From a virus, in the IMG/VR virus record IMGVR_UViG_3300037141_000177, positions 1-64,000 of that record: 64,000 bases of DNA; one strand, 5' to 3'. Each line of letters opens with the position of its first letter. Positions within the stretch are counted from its first letter, which is position 1. The notes under the pieces were generated by a model, which did no database searches, had not been told where the DNA came from, and worked only from the letters and a program-made list of their open reading frames with translations. Position numbers and translations under genes: made by a program. This document shows, one piece after another, positions 38,575 to 46,200 of the stretch.

Positions 38575-38865
38575 ATGAATCCGTCCGACCAGAAGACCGG
38601 CGCCTCTCCGCTGCGAAAAGTCCGGCACCTGCGTGGCCTGACGCTGCAGGAAGTCGGCCGGCGCATGAACATGGACTCGGGCAGTATTTCGCGCATCGAA
38701 GTCGGGGGTCAATGGCCCCCTAAAGACCTACTGGTGCGGCTTACAGCGTTTTACGCGCCTGACCTGCTCGAGGTGCACATCCTGTTTCCGGAGCGGTACA
38801 TGAGCTTCGTTGCTCCGCCTCTGGCCGTTAAGAAAGTAATTAAAACTGTAGACAAATCCAAATAA
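38575..38865 (+). CDS. cro: Cro-like XRE HTH regulator
   Basis: SPLRKVR..RGLTLQEV...DSGSISRIE.G...EVHILFPERY. Confidence 0.85.
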   Translation: MNPSDQKTGASPLRKVRHLRGLTLQEVGRRMNMDSGSISRIEVGGQWPPKDLLVRLTAFYAPDLLEVHILFPERYMSFVAPPLAVKKVIKTVDKSK

Positions 38866-38900
38866 AAGGCGTCAACGTCGTTATTCACAATACGCATCTT

Positions 38901-38915
38901 ATGCGTTTAACGCAA
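38901..38915. promoter_or_regulatory. Candidate operator upstream of the lytic replication gene
   Basis: ATGCGTTTAACGCAA. Confidence 0.6.
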
Positions 38916-39072
38916 AGGGTAAACGTTCATCACGCGAAAATATTCGCGTTTGCACCTAAAACTACGGTGCGGCCCGGGCCGCATCCTTCCCTGCCAGGCG
39001 TAGGCAGGCAGCGCCACACGGAGTCGATCCTCGCCTTTGTGAACTAGAAATCCGACGACCAAGCTGCGCGCC

Positions 39073-39921
39073 ATGAATCACTCTTTTGACATCGATCACG
39101 CTGCTCGCTTCGGGACCAACGAAGCGATCCTGATCGAGTGCATCGCCTTCTGGGTCCGCACGAACAAGGCCAATGGAACGGGCGAGTTCGAAGGCCGGAC
39201 CTGGACCTACAACTCCGTGCGCGCCTATGCGGTGATGTTCCCCTACATGTCCGCCGGTCAGGTGCGCCGCGCGCTCGAGCACCTCGTCGAGCTCAACGTG
39301 CTCATGGTCGGCGAGTTCAACGCCAAAGCGGGCGACCGGACCAAGTCCTACGCGTTCGTCGACGACCGGCCTTTTCAGCCTGAAGTCGACCATTTGTCGC
39401 TGGCAGCAAATGGTCCCGAAACGCCCGAAACCGACCATTTGTCATTGGCGACAAATGGTCCCGAAACACCCGAAACTGACCATTTGTCACCGGCAGCAAA
39501 TGGGGCCGACCATTTGTCACTGGTGCCAACTCCATTTGTCACCAGTGACAAGTCACTAATAAGTACAGTTGTAAACACAGTTAACCCGGCGGTGAAGCCC
39601 AAAAAAGCCCCGCCTGCGGCGCCTGATCTCGCGCCTGGTGAGCCGCTCTGGTCGAGGACCGACGAGTCGATCATGGCGCGCGGAGTCGAGCTGGGCGTCG
39701 CGCCGCTTGTGGGCGAATCGATGACGGCGTTCAAAAACCGGATTCAGGCAAAAACCGACCCGGTGAAAGCAAAACCCGCTCGCGCAAACGTTGCCGTCTC
39801 CGCTTCTGTGCAATCCCGGGCTCCGTTGCCCCGGCCAGCCGTACCGACGCCCGAGGTAATCGCGGCCAGACGCCGAGCGCTTGACCACGCGCTGCACGGT
39901 CAGCAGGGGAGACTGCATTGA
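39073..39921 (+). CDS. Phage replication initiator (replisome organiser/O-like wHTH)
   Basis: FD...A..FG..EAIL...I.FW...N......EGRTWTYNS.......FPY.S..QVRRAL; internal DNA repeats. Confidence 0.8.
   Translation: MNHSFDIDHAARFGTNEAILIECIAFWVRTNKANGTGEFEGRTWTYNSVRAYAVMFPYMSAGQVRRALEHLVELNVLMVGEFNAKAGDRTKSYAFVDDRPFQPEVDHLSLAANGPETPETDHLSLATNGPETPETDHLSPAANGADHLSLVPTPFVTSDKSLISTVVNTVNPAVKPKKAPPAAPDLAPGEPLWSRTDESIMARGVELGVAPLVGESMTAFKNRIQAKTDPVKAKPARANVAVSASVQSRAPLPRPAVPTPEVIAARRRALDHALHGQQGRLH
39388..39553. repeat. Intragenic palindromic repeats, candidate lytic origin
   Basis: GACCATTTGTC at 39388, 39433, 39478, 39508 (partial at 39532); 39433 copy is GACCATTTGTC-N6-GACAAATGGTC. Confidence 0.85.
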
Positions 39922-40445
39922 GTTCCGGCCTTCGATGGACAGCCGCCCAATTTGACGCCCACAGCGCCCGTCTCGCCGCTGCGCTGGCGCCGGACGTCCC
40001 AATCCCCGGGTTGGCTGTGGCGACCCGGCCACGGCCCGCTGCTGCCGCGCAGGCGGTCAATGCTGAGGCGGTTCTGCGTGCTCACGCGGCCACCGAGCGT
40101 TTTCAAGCGCTTGGCAGAATGCCTAAAACGTCGATGAACCGGACGGAGGCGGCTTATGCGGAGCTCCTCGACGAGCGAAAACACGCGCGCCAGATCATCG
40201 AGTGGCGGTTTCACCCGATGAACGTACGCCTGGCACCGAATACGTTCTACGAGGTCGACTGGCTGGTGTTCGCCGCCGACCTCGGGCTGGAAATTCATGA
40301 AACGAAAGGTGGTTTTACGACGGTGCACGGCCAGCTGAAAATCAAGTTGTGCGCCGCGGTGCTGCCGTTTATTCGCATGTTCAAGGTCACGCGCCTGGCG
40401 AAGAAGCTCGGCGGCGGATGGCACAGCCAGGAGTATTTCGCATGA
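39918..40445 (+). CDS. DUF1064-like PD-(D/E)XK nuclease, candidate resolvase
   Basis: MNRTEAAY, FYEVDW, HETKG, KIK. Confidence 0.7.
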   Translation: MSSGLRWTAAQFDAHSARLAAALAPDVPIPGLAVATRPRPAAAAQAVNAEAVLRAHAATERFQALGRMPKTSMNRTEAAYAELLDERKHARQIIEWRFHPMNVRLAPNTFYEVDWLVFAADLGLEIHETKGGFTTVHGQLKIKLCAAVLPFIRMFKVTRLAKKLGGGWHSQEYFA

Positions 40446-40639
40446 GCGCAGCGATGGTTTCGATTGGATGGCGGTTCGACCGCGCCCTAGCGGCGCTGCG
40501 CACAGGGCGGGACGTCGACTTCACGAAGTACAGCAAGATTTTCGAGATCGACGAAGCCCGGACGATTGTGATTTTCATGGACGCCGCGTGCTCGCTCGGC
40601 GTCTGTCTCGAGGTGCGAGCTGATCCGGTGCTGCATTGA
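40442..40639 (+). CDS. Hypothetical protein
   Basis: ATGA-coupled. Confidence 0.5.
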   Translation: MSAAMVSIGWRFDRALAALRTGRDVDFTKYSKIFEIDEARTIVIFMDAACSLGVCLEVRADPVLH

Positions 40640-40660
40640 CCAGCTTCAGGAGCAGATGTG

Positions 40661-41251
40661 ATGGAAAAAGACGCGGCGGTTGCGGTCCTTTACTTCCGGC
40701 CAGATGGGGTGCCCGGGCGCTATTTCGAGTGTGCGCATTACGGCGTGATGAGCGTGGGGGCGTGCGCGCGTAATTTCTCGGCGGCGCCGGAGTCAGCCAA
40801 GACCGGGCGTCTGCAGCGCTGTGTCGGCTGTGCGATCGGCAGGAAGCACGCAGGGACGGTGCTCGACGAGCCGGTGAGCGCGCGGGTCGCCACCTCGGTG
40901 GTGTATCGCATCGCGTGTGTGCGGTGTCGTCGCGACGGCAAGCATTCGGGCACGCGGCTGATCGGTCGGCTGCGCCTGGTGCGGGGCCACACGATTTGCG
41001 TGAGCTGCTTCAATCGCGAGGCCGAGGTTCGCCGCGGTGCGAATTCGAAGGGCGCCAGGCCGAAAAAATGGGCGGGTTTGTTCTCCACGCGTGCGGCCTA
41101 CGTGGCGAGCGCGAAGGCGGTCGTGCTCACGCATCCGAGTCCAGTTGTGGACCGCATTGAGCTCGCGCTGACGTTGATTCGGTGCGGCCACGACAGCGGC
41201 ATTGTGTGGGCGCGCTCCGTGGTCCAGCGCGACATCGAGGCGAAGGGGTAG
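40661..41251 (+). CDS. Cys-rich (Zn-binding) hypothetical protein
   Basis: CVGC..G..H, CVRC, ICVSCFNRE; SD AGGAG. Confidence 0.7.
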   Translation: MEKDAAVAVLYFRPDGVPGRYFECAHYGVMSVGACARNFSAAPESAKTGRLQRCVGCAIGRKHAGTVLDEPVSARVATSVVYRIACVRCRRDGKHSGTRLIGRLRLVRGHTICVSCFNREAEVRRGANSKGARPKKWAGLFSTRAAYVASAKAVVLTHPSPVVDRIELALTLIRCGHDSGIVWARSVVQRDIEAKG

Positions 41252-41254
41252 GGC

Positions 41255-41659
41255 GTGCGGGTGTTCCAGTTCGATCTGTTCGATCCCACCGCGACGAAGG
41301 ACGCCGGCGAGCCCGAGGCCGTCAAAAGGCCGCGTCTGTCCGCTGGCTGGCAGTTGGCTAACCACGCGTGCCGATTCTGTTTCGGGCGCGTGCTGCAGCG
41401 TGTGGCGGGGGGCAGGGTGGTCGAGGTGCGCTGCGCGGAGTGTGGGAAAAGCGCGGACGGCTTGCCGCGGATGCTTTGTTGCTGCGGGGCGGAGTGTGGC
41501 GATCTCGGGTATGTGCTCGAGTGCGTCAGAAACCGGAACGTGACGAATGAAGTCCCGCACGAGATCCTCGTGCGCGAGCGGCTCGTGCCCGTGACGACGG
41601 AGGTACGTCCAGCTTCCCGGCCGGTGCTCGAGCATGGCACCTCGGGGAGAGAAAAGTAA
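41255..41659 (+). CDS. Cys-rich hypothetical protein
   Basis: HACRFCFGRVL, CAECG, LCCCG. Confidence 0.7.
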   Translation: MRVFQFDLFDPTATKDAGEPEAVKRPRLSAGWQLANHACRFCFGRVLQRVAGGRVVEVRCAECGKSADGLPRMLCCCGAECGDLGYVLECVRNRNVTNEVPHEILVRERLVPVTTEVRPASRPVLEHGTSGREK

Positions 41660-41671
41660 CGCTGCTTGGCG

Positions 41672-41687
41672 GTCGTGACGCGAGACT
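41672..41687 (+). promoter_or_regulatory. Candidate late promoter
   Basis: GTCGTGACGCGAGACT upstream of the HU-like gene. Confidence 0.65.
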
Positions 41688-41726
41688 GGTTTCATCGAAT
41701 ACGGTTAGTTATCAACGGGAAATACG

Positions 41727-42014
41727 ATGAACAGGCTGCAGTTTGTTGAGGCTGTCGCGAAGATTTCGAAGCTCGGTGTCAAGCAGGTGGCGTCGGTGTT
41801 GCTCGGCATCGAGGAAGTCGCGGCAGCGGAAATTAAAGAATTCGGCCTGGTGCGCGTTCCCGGCCTGGTGATGATCAAGCGGCTCGACCGCGGCGAGCGC
41901 CTGGTGCGCAATCCGAAAACGGGCGAAGAGTTTCTGATGGGTGCCACGATTACGGTGCGATCGAAGCCTTCGCTGGCGTTTTCGGACCGCATCAAGCTTG
42001 AGAATCCTGTTTGA
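41727..42014 (+). CDS. HU/IHF-family DNA-binding protein
   Basis: MNRLQFVEAVA, VRVPG, RNPKTGE. Confidence 0.85.
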   Translation: MNRLQFVEAVAKISKLGVKQVASVLLGIEEVAAAEIKEFGLVRVPGLVMIKRLDRGERLVRNPKTGEEFLMGATITVRSKPSLAFSDRIKLENPV

Positions 42015-42191
42015 CGGTGCGGTCCCGCCAAGCAGGTTCAGAGGCGGTCAATATCACTTGCAGATGTGAGCGTGGCGGGTGTGGGCCGGTCATCGAGGCA
42101 TCACACAATCGGACAGGCCCGAGCTCCCGGGTTAGTCGCGCGTCGCATCGGACGGCCGAGAAAGAACGGCACCAACACCCCAAGGACGCAG

Positions 42192-42560
42192 ATGAATATC
42201 TCTTGGTTCAAGCTTCGGGGCGATCGTCGCCTCGAGGCGCTTTTAGTCAACGTACATCACAAACTAGGATTAATTATGAGCGCTCTTGACGACCTGACGG
42301 CAGAAGTAGCCGCGAACACGGCAGTGGAAGCATCAGCTGTCACCTTGATTACGGGCATCGCTGCGCAACTCGCTGCGGCACTCGCAGCATCGTCGGCCTC
42401 GGAAGACCCGGCGCTGGTCGCTCTGACGGCCCAGCTCACCGCGAGCGCATCGGCATTGGGCGCAGCAGTCACGGCGAACACTCCGGCTGTCGCACCGGCT
42501 GATCCGGCGCCCGCCGATCCGGCACCGTCTGACCCTGTACCAGCTGATCCGACCGCTTAA
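42192..42560 (+). CDS. Ala-rich hypothetical protein with PADP tail
   Basis: SD AAGGA; alternative start 42277. Confidence 0.7.
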   Translation: MNISWFKLRGDRRLEALLVNVHHKLGLIMSALDDLTAEVAANTAVEASAVTLITGIAAQLAAALAASSASEDPALVALTAQLTASASALGAAVTANTPAVAPADPAPADPAPSDPVPADPTA

Positions 42561-42619
42561 TTGAGGTTCGGTTAAAAGGGCGAAAAGCAGATGCGTGGGG
42601 CTCATTAGCTATGAGCCTT

Positions 42620-42695
42620 TTCCGATAATCGACGCACGAAACCCCGGTTAGGCGTCGGCCCGGAAGGCCAGATTATTGGCCCTGATGGTGCGGAA
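42620..42695 (+). ncRNA. Type II hammerhead-like element with core variant
   Basis: CGCAC-GAAAC...GTC-GGCC...GGCC-CTGATG-GTGCG plus ATAATC/GATTAT pseudoknot; A9 absent. Confidence 0.5.
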
Positions 42696-42775
42696 CGGGC
42701 GCGTAGCGGAAGTAGCCCCCAATCGATGGCCCGGGCGTATCAGCCGGCGGCAATGTCTAAACCTTGGAGTGAAAG

Positions 42776-43081
42776 ATGACCGATACCTTGCAGCAAGCCG
42801 CAGATGCGGTGTTGAAAGATGCGACGGATGCTGCTGCGGCCGAGGCCACGTCGGGCACTGCGGCTGCTACGCTGTTGGTGGCCGCCGACGCGGCTCACAT
42901 CGTTGATGAAGCGGTGATCGCAGGCACTGGCGTGGTCGCCGCGGCCTCGACCGAGATCGAAGCGGAATTGCCTGCTGCCGAGACGCTGTGGGAAAAGATC
43001 AAGGCGGATCTAGCTGGCATCGTCGAATGGCCTTTGCATGAATGGGAATATCTCGAAGCGGCCGTTAAACGGCATCTTTAG
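42776..43081 (+). CDS. Acidic Ala-rich hypothetical protein
   Basis: SD GGAG; 101 aa. Confidence 0.65.
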   Translation: MTDTLQQAADAVLKDATDAAAAEATSGTAAATLLVAADAAHIVDEAVIAGTGVVAAASTEIEAELPAAETLWEKIKADLAGIVEWPLHEWEYLEAAVKRHL

Positions 43082-43107
43082 GCTGGACGGGCCGGGTCGA
43101 ACCCGGC

Positions 43108-43203
43108 ACCTTCAGAGAACGGCATCGGGGCCTTGCGGCCTGCGCCCCGTCGGGAGTGGATCCACACCGACGATGGTAAAGACCGGTGCCGTTCTCTGAA
43201 GGT
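43108..43203 (+). ncRNA. C4-antisense-like three-way-junction RNA
   Basis: 21-bp closing stem, two inner hairpins, single-stranded TGCGCCC and ATGGTAAAGA. Confidence 0.55.
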
Positions 43204-43240
43204 AAAGCCGGTCGCGATGCCGGTAGCAGAACCAACCTCT

Positions 43241-43346
43241 GCGGATCGCTAAAAATGCCGGGTTGCCACCCGGGACGGCGCGTGCGACGAGCAGGTTAAT
43301 GCTGACTGGACTTCGTGTGCCGCTGGAGTAGCGACCAGACGCCTTC
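43241..43346 (+). ncRNA. Kissing-loop structured RNA module 1
   Basis: Loop TCGCTA (43246) complementary to loop TAGCGA (43329); ends in GCCTTC. Confidence 0.4.
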
Positions 43347-43395
43347 TTCGAACCCCAGCCCGGGATGTAATGGGCACCTCGGTGGAATGCCGAGG

Positions 43396-43481
43396 GCCAT
43401 CATGCAAGACGGCTCATGGCCCGTTCGGGCCAGCGGGCAGCGCGAACACGATTTGCTTGTGAGCCGTCTTGACATGAAGGT
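43396..43481 (+). ncRNA. Long-stem structured RNA
   Basis: CATG-CAAGACGGCTCA / TGAGCCGTCTTG-A-CATG with inner TGGCCC-GTTC-GGGCCA hairpin. Confidence 0.5.
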
Positions 43482-43580
43482 GAATGCGCAGGCTGATGCG
43501 CAGCTGCACAAGCGGTCCTTGTTCGCTCCTACGCGGGTGCAGCCGCCAAATGCCGGAAGATGTCAGCACCGGTCGCCTTC
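43476..43580 (+). ncRNA. tRNA-like cloverleaf with kissing loops (module 2)
   Basis: Closing GAAGGTGA/TCGCCTTC, three hairpins, loops GCTGA and TCAGC complementary. Confidence 0.55.
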
Positions 43581-43949
43581 TTCGATCAAGTAGGCCACCG
43601 TCAACCACCAAGGAAACACCATGAGCTATTCGTTTAATATCCGCGCTGCTTCGAAGGCCAATGCGCGCGAGCGTGCAGCCCAAGAGTTTGACAGTGTGGT
43701 CGCTTCGCAGCCGGTGCACGCGCAAGACCGAACGGCGGCACTCGCGGCGCTCGATGCGTACCTGGACCTGCTGGTGGATGACGCCACCCGCGACATCATC
43801 GTGTCAGTCAACGGCTCGGTGAGCTATGACTGGGCACCGGATGTCGAAGCCACGGCGGTCCCACTGACCAACGCTTCGGTGGGCGTGGGCGCGTACTTGG
43901 CCCCCCGCGAAGCGGCCGAGTAAGCCACGAGTCACCTTCTTCGATCAAG
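43572..43949 (+). repeat. 19-bp direct repeats flanking one gene
   Basis: GTCGCCTTCTTCGATCAAG (43572-43590) and GTCACCTTCTTCGATCAAG (43931-43949). Confidence 0.8.
43621..43923 (+). CDS. Hypothetical protein
   Basis: 100 aa, SD AAGGA. Confidence 0.75.
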   Translation: MSYSFNIRAASKANARERAAQEFDSVVASQPVHAQDRTAALAALDAYLDLLVDDATRDIIVSVNGSVSYDWAPDVEATAVPLTNASVGVGAYLAPREAAE

Positions 43950-44033
43950 CGTAACGGTGCCCTCTGGTTTTGCTTGCGCTGACAGAGATTCATTGGAATG
44001 CGTCCGCAACGTGGCATCGTGACTTGAGTAAGG

Positions 44034-44058
44034 GAACCGGCTTCGCGCCGGTTTTTTT
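44034..44058 (+). terminator. Intrinsic terminator at convergence point
   Basis: GAACCGGC-TTCGC-GCCGGTTTTTTT. Confidence 0.75.
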
Positions 44059-44251
44059 ACGCCCGCGTTCTGAAGGGGGAACGCCGCACGCGGATGCCGC
44101 GCGACTCGCGCTCGGCGAGCAGCTGGTGGTAAAGCCTGCTCATGTAGATGGCGGGTGACGAGATGCCCGTCTCTCGAGCGGCCCGGTACGCGGTGGCACC
44201 GTCCTTGATTAGCTCGATTGCGGCCAGCATCCGGGCGCTCGGTATGTTCAC
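44057..44251 (-). CDS. Small HTH protein
   Basis: G.TAYRAARETGISSPAIY. Confidence 0.65.
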   Translation of the reverse strand: MNIPSARMLAAIELIKDGATAYRAARETGISSPAIYMSRLYHQLLAERESRGIRVRRSPFRTRA

Positions 44252-44664
44252 TTGACGACCTTGATGGCGGTGCCGCGCGTGTCTGCGACGGGCTTCCTCA
44301 CCATAGCTTCGCCGAAGCCGTCAGCGGGGTAGATTGAGTGGTGGCAGTGTGGGCATATCGGCACCATCTTGTGCCGCCGCCACGCTTCCTCGACCTTGAG
44401 CGCGGCCTTCAGGACAACGGTCTTTTTCTCCAGCTCAATTTGCCGCTCCTCGCGCGCCAGAATCTTTTCCCGGGCTTTCCTGTATTGCTCGAGGAAATGG
44501 TTCATGGTCCACCACGCGGTCAACTGCACGCCGCAGTCGTCGCACTTAATAATCTCGCCTTTATCGTCGAGCGTGATGTGGAGGTGCTGGCACTCAGGCG
44601 CTGGGCGGAAAAGTCGCTGATCCCGTGTGAGGCGCATCTCCTCAATGTCGATGACGACTCTCAT
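44248..44664 (-). CDS. Zn-binding hypothetical protein
   Basis: CQH...CDDC...PICPHC. Confidence 0.7.
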   Translation of the reverse strand: MRVVIDIEEMRLTRDQRLFRPAPECQHLHITLDDKGEIIKCDDCGVQLTAWWTMNHFLEQYRKAREKILAREERQIELEKKTVVLKAALKVEEAWRRHKMVPICPHCHHSIYPADGFGEAMVRKPVADTRGTAIKVVK

Positions 44665-44978
44665 CGGTTGGGCACGCGGGGCAGGGCGTTAAATTCGGCC
44701 ATGTCCATTGCATGGATCAAGTCCATTGCCGTCATCGGGCACGCGGCGCAAAGCCGTACGACCTCCTGCCTGCCATCGGGACGTACGACCGTGACGTCGT
44801 GGTCAACCGCAGGCAGCAGGTCGCTGGCGGGCGTGTTGGGGTTGCTGGTGCATGCGCTGATGGGACGGAGGCGAGTCGGTTTCACGGCGGTGGTCCTGAA
44901 AACGGTTATGCGCTTTTCGCCAGCGCGGACGGGAAGGCACGCGGGTGACGGGTTATCTCGATTTGACCGGGCAGGCAC
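44661..44978 (-). CDS. Hypothetical protein (start uncertain)
   Basis: Coupled ORF. Confidence 0.4.
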   Translation of the reverse strand: MPARSNRDNPSPACLPVRAGEKRITVFRTTAVKPTRLRPISACTSNPNTPASDLLPAVDHDVTVVRPDGRQEVVRLCAACPMTAMDLIHAMDMAEFNALPRVPNR

Positions 44979-45259
44979 ATCGTGACGGTGCCGTGCTGAT
45001 CGTTGGCGAGCAATTGCGTGATCGTGCTGATTACCGACAGCGTGAGGGCCGCAGGCGGCTTCCCGGCGAGTAAGTACGCCTGCAGCGCGGCGACCGCGGG
45101 GACGACGTCGGTCCGGACCAATTGCTGAAGCTCGAGCGTTTTCATAAATTTTCTCTCGTCTGCGGCCCTTTGTTGTCGCGAGGGCTCGACGTTGTTTTCG
45201 GGTGCTGGATTTAAGGGCTGTTTCTCGTCTGACTTATTGCTCGAATCCATCATGCCCAT
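44906..45259 (-). CDS. Hypothetical protein
   Basis: ATG with SD GGAG. Confidence 0.5.
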   Translation of the reverse strand: MGMMDSSNKSDEKQPLNPAPENNVEPSRQQRAADERKFMKTLELQQLVRTDVVPAVAALQAYLLAGKPPAALTLSVISTITQLLANDQHGTVTMCLPGQIEITRHPRAFPSALAKSA

Positions 45260-45314
45260 TACTCCGCACACATCAAAGAGAACGTTTGTTATCAAACGAT
45301 TTTATGAAAAACGC

Positions 45315-45683
45315 CTATTCGATCGCTGCCTTGGCGAGGCTCCAAGCCTTGCACCACGCGCAAATGGTCCCAGCCTTCGCGCCGTTGTCAGAATCCCACA
45401 CGCCTGGCACGCTGTGGCCGTGTCCTGGCGCATTGCCGTCGTCCTCGTCGTCGCCGAGTTCGCGCACGACCGCGCTCAGGATCTCGCGGAAACGTTCGGC
45501 GTCCTGGCGAAGTGTCTGCATCGTCTGGTAAGCACGCACGCGCTCCATCGGCATGTCAGTTCGCTCGATCAGGATCCTCGCGCGCTGGACTTGGTCGGTG
45601 TGGTTTGCCTTCCAATGGTCACGCTCGGCGGTCAGCGTCTTGATCTGCGCCTGTAGCGTCGACACATCGGGATCTGTCGTCAA
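45315..45683 (-). CDS. Hypothetical protein
   Basis: Coiled coil; NAPGHGH..PGVWD.DN...CAWC. Confidence 0.65.
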   Translation of the reverse strand: MTTDPDVSTLQAQIKTLTAERDHWKANHTDQVQRARILIERTDMPMERVRAYQTMQTLRQDAERFREILSAVVRELGDDEDDGNAPGHGHSVPGVWDSDNGAKAGTICAWCKAWSLAKAAIE

Positions 45684-45952
45684 AGCGTCACCCGCGACTC
45701 ACGCATGAATTCCGGCGTTGCCTGCATCGTTTTGATGGCGGTACCGCGCTCCTCCTGCGTGAGCAGATCGCGCAACACCATGCGGGCGAGCGTGGCCGCT
45801 CGGTGCGGGTCCAGTTGCACGCAACCCGGTCCGGTGAGGTCTTGGGGGATCACATGCCAAAGGAAGGCATAGGCCCGGGCAATGCCGGCGAGCTGGGCAG
45901 CGATGCGCACATCCGGGTCGTTGTTCTGGTCAGGGGTCGTTTCGGTCGTCAT
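45680..45952 (-). CDS. Hypothetical protein
   Basis: Coupled ORF. Confidence 0.6.
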   Translation of the reverse strand: MTTETTPDQNNDPDVRIAAQLAGIARAYAFLWHVIPQDLTGPGCVQLDPHRAATLARMVLRDLLTQEERGTAIKTMQATPEFMRESRVTL

Positions 45953-46200
45953 GATGCGGCTCCTTGTCGCGCGATGCGGTCGCGCTCGTTTGCTTCGGTG
46001 ACGCTCAATTCCTCGGCGGCTCGGACGAGCAGCTTGGCGACGGTGGACTGCAGCAGTCTCAAAATAAGCACCGACTGGCTCGTCGGACCGCTGGACATTG
46101 AGTCGGCTACGCGGTCTAGCTGCCAGCGCGCCTGCATGTAAAGCTCCGCGGTGTTCTCAGGCGCCATTGGTTCGTCTGGTGGTTCGGCGCGGTCGGTCAT
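45949..46200 (-). CDS. Hypothetical protein
   Basis: Coupled ORF. Confidence 0.6.
   Translation of the reverse strand: MTDRAEPPDEPMAPENTAELYMQARWQLDRVADSMSSGPTSQSVLILRLLQSTVAKLLVRAAEELSVTEANERDRIARQGAAS

Noticed and set aside
38968-38983. Protelomerase target (linear plasmid telomere)
   Set aside because: Short, GC-rich palindrome and no protelomerase in the window
43081-43590. Canonical tRNA genes
   Set aside because: No anticodon stem-loop, TTCRA T-loop or CCA; reported as tRNA-like RNAs instead
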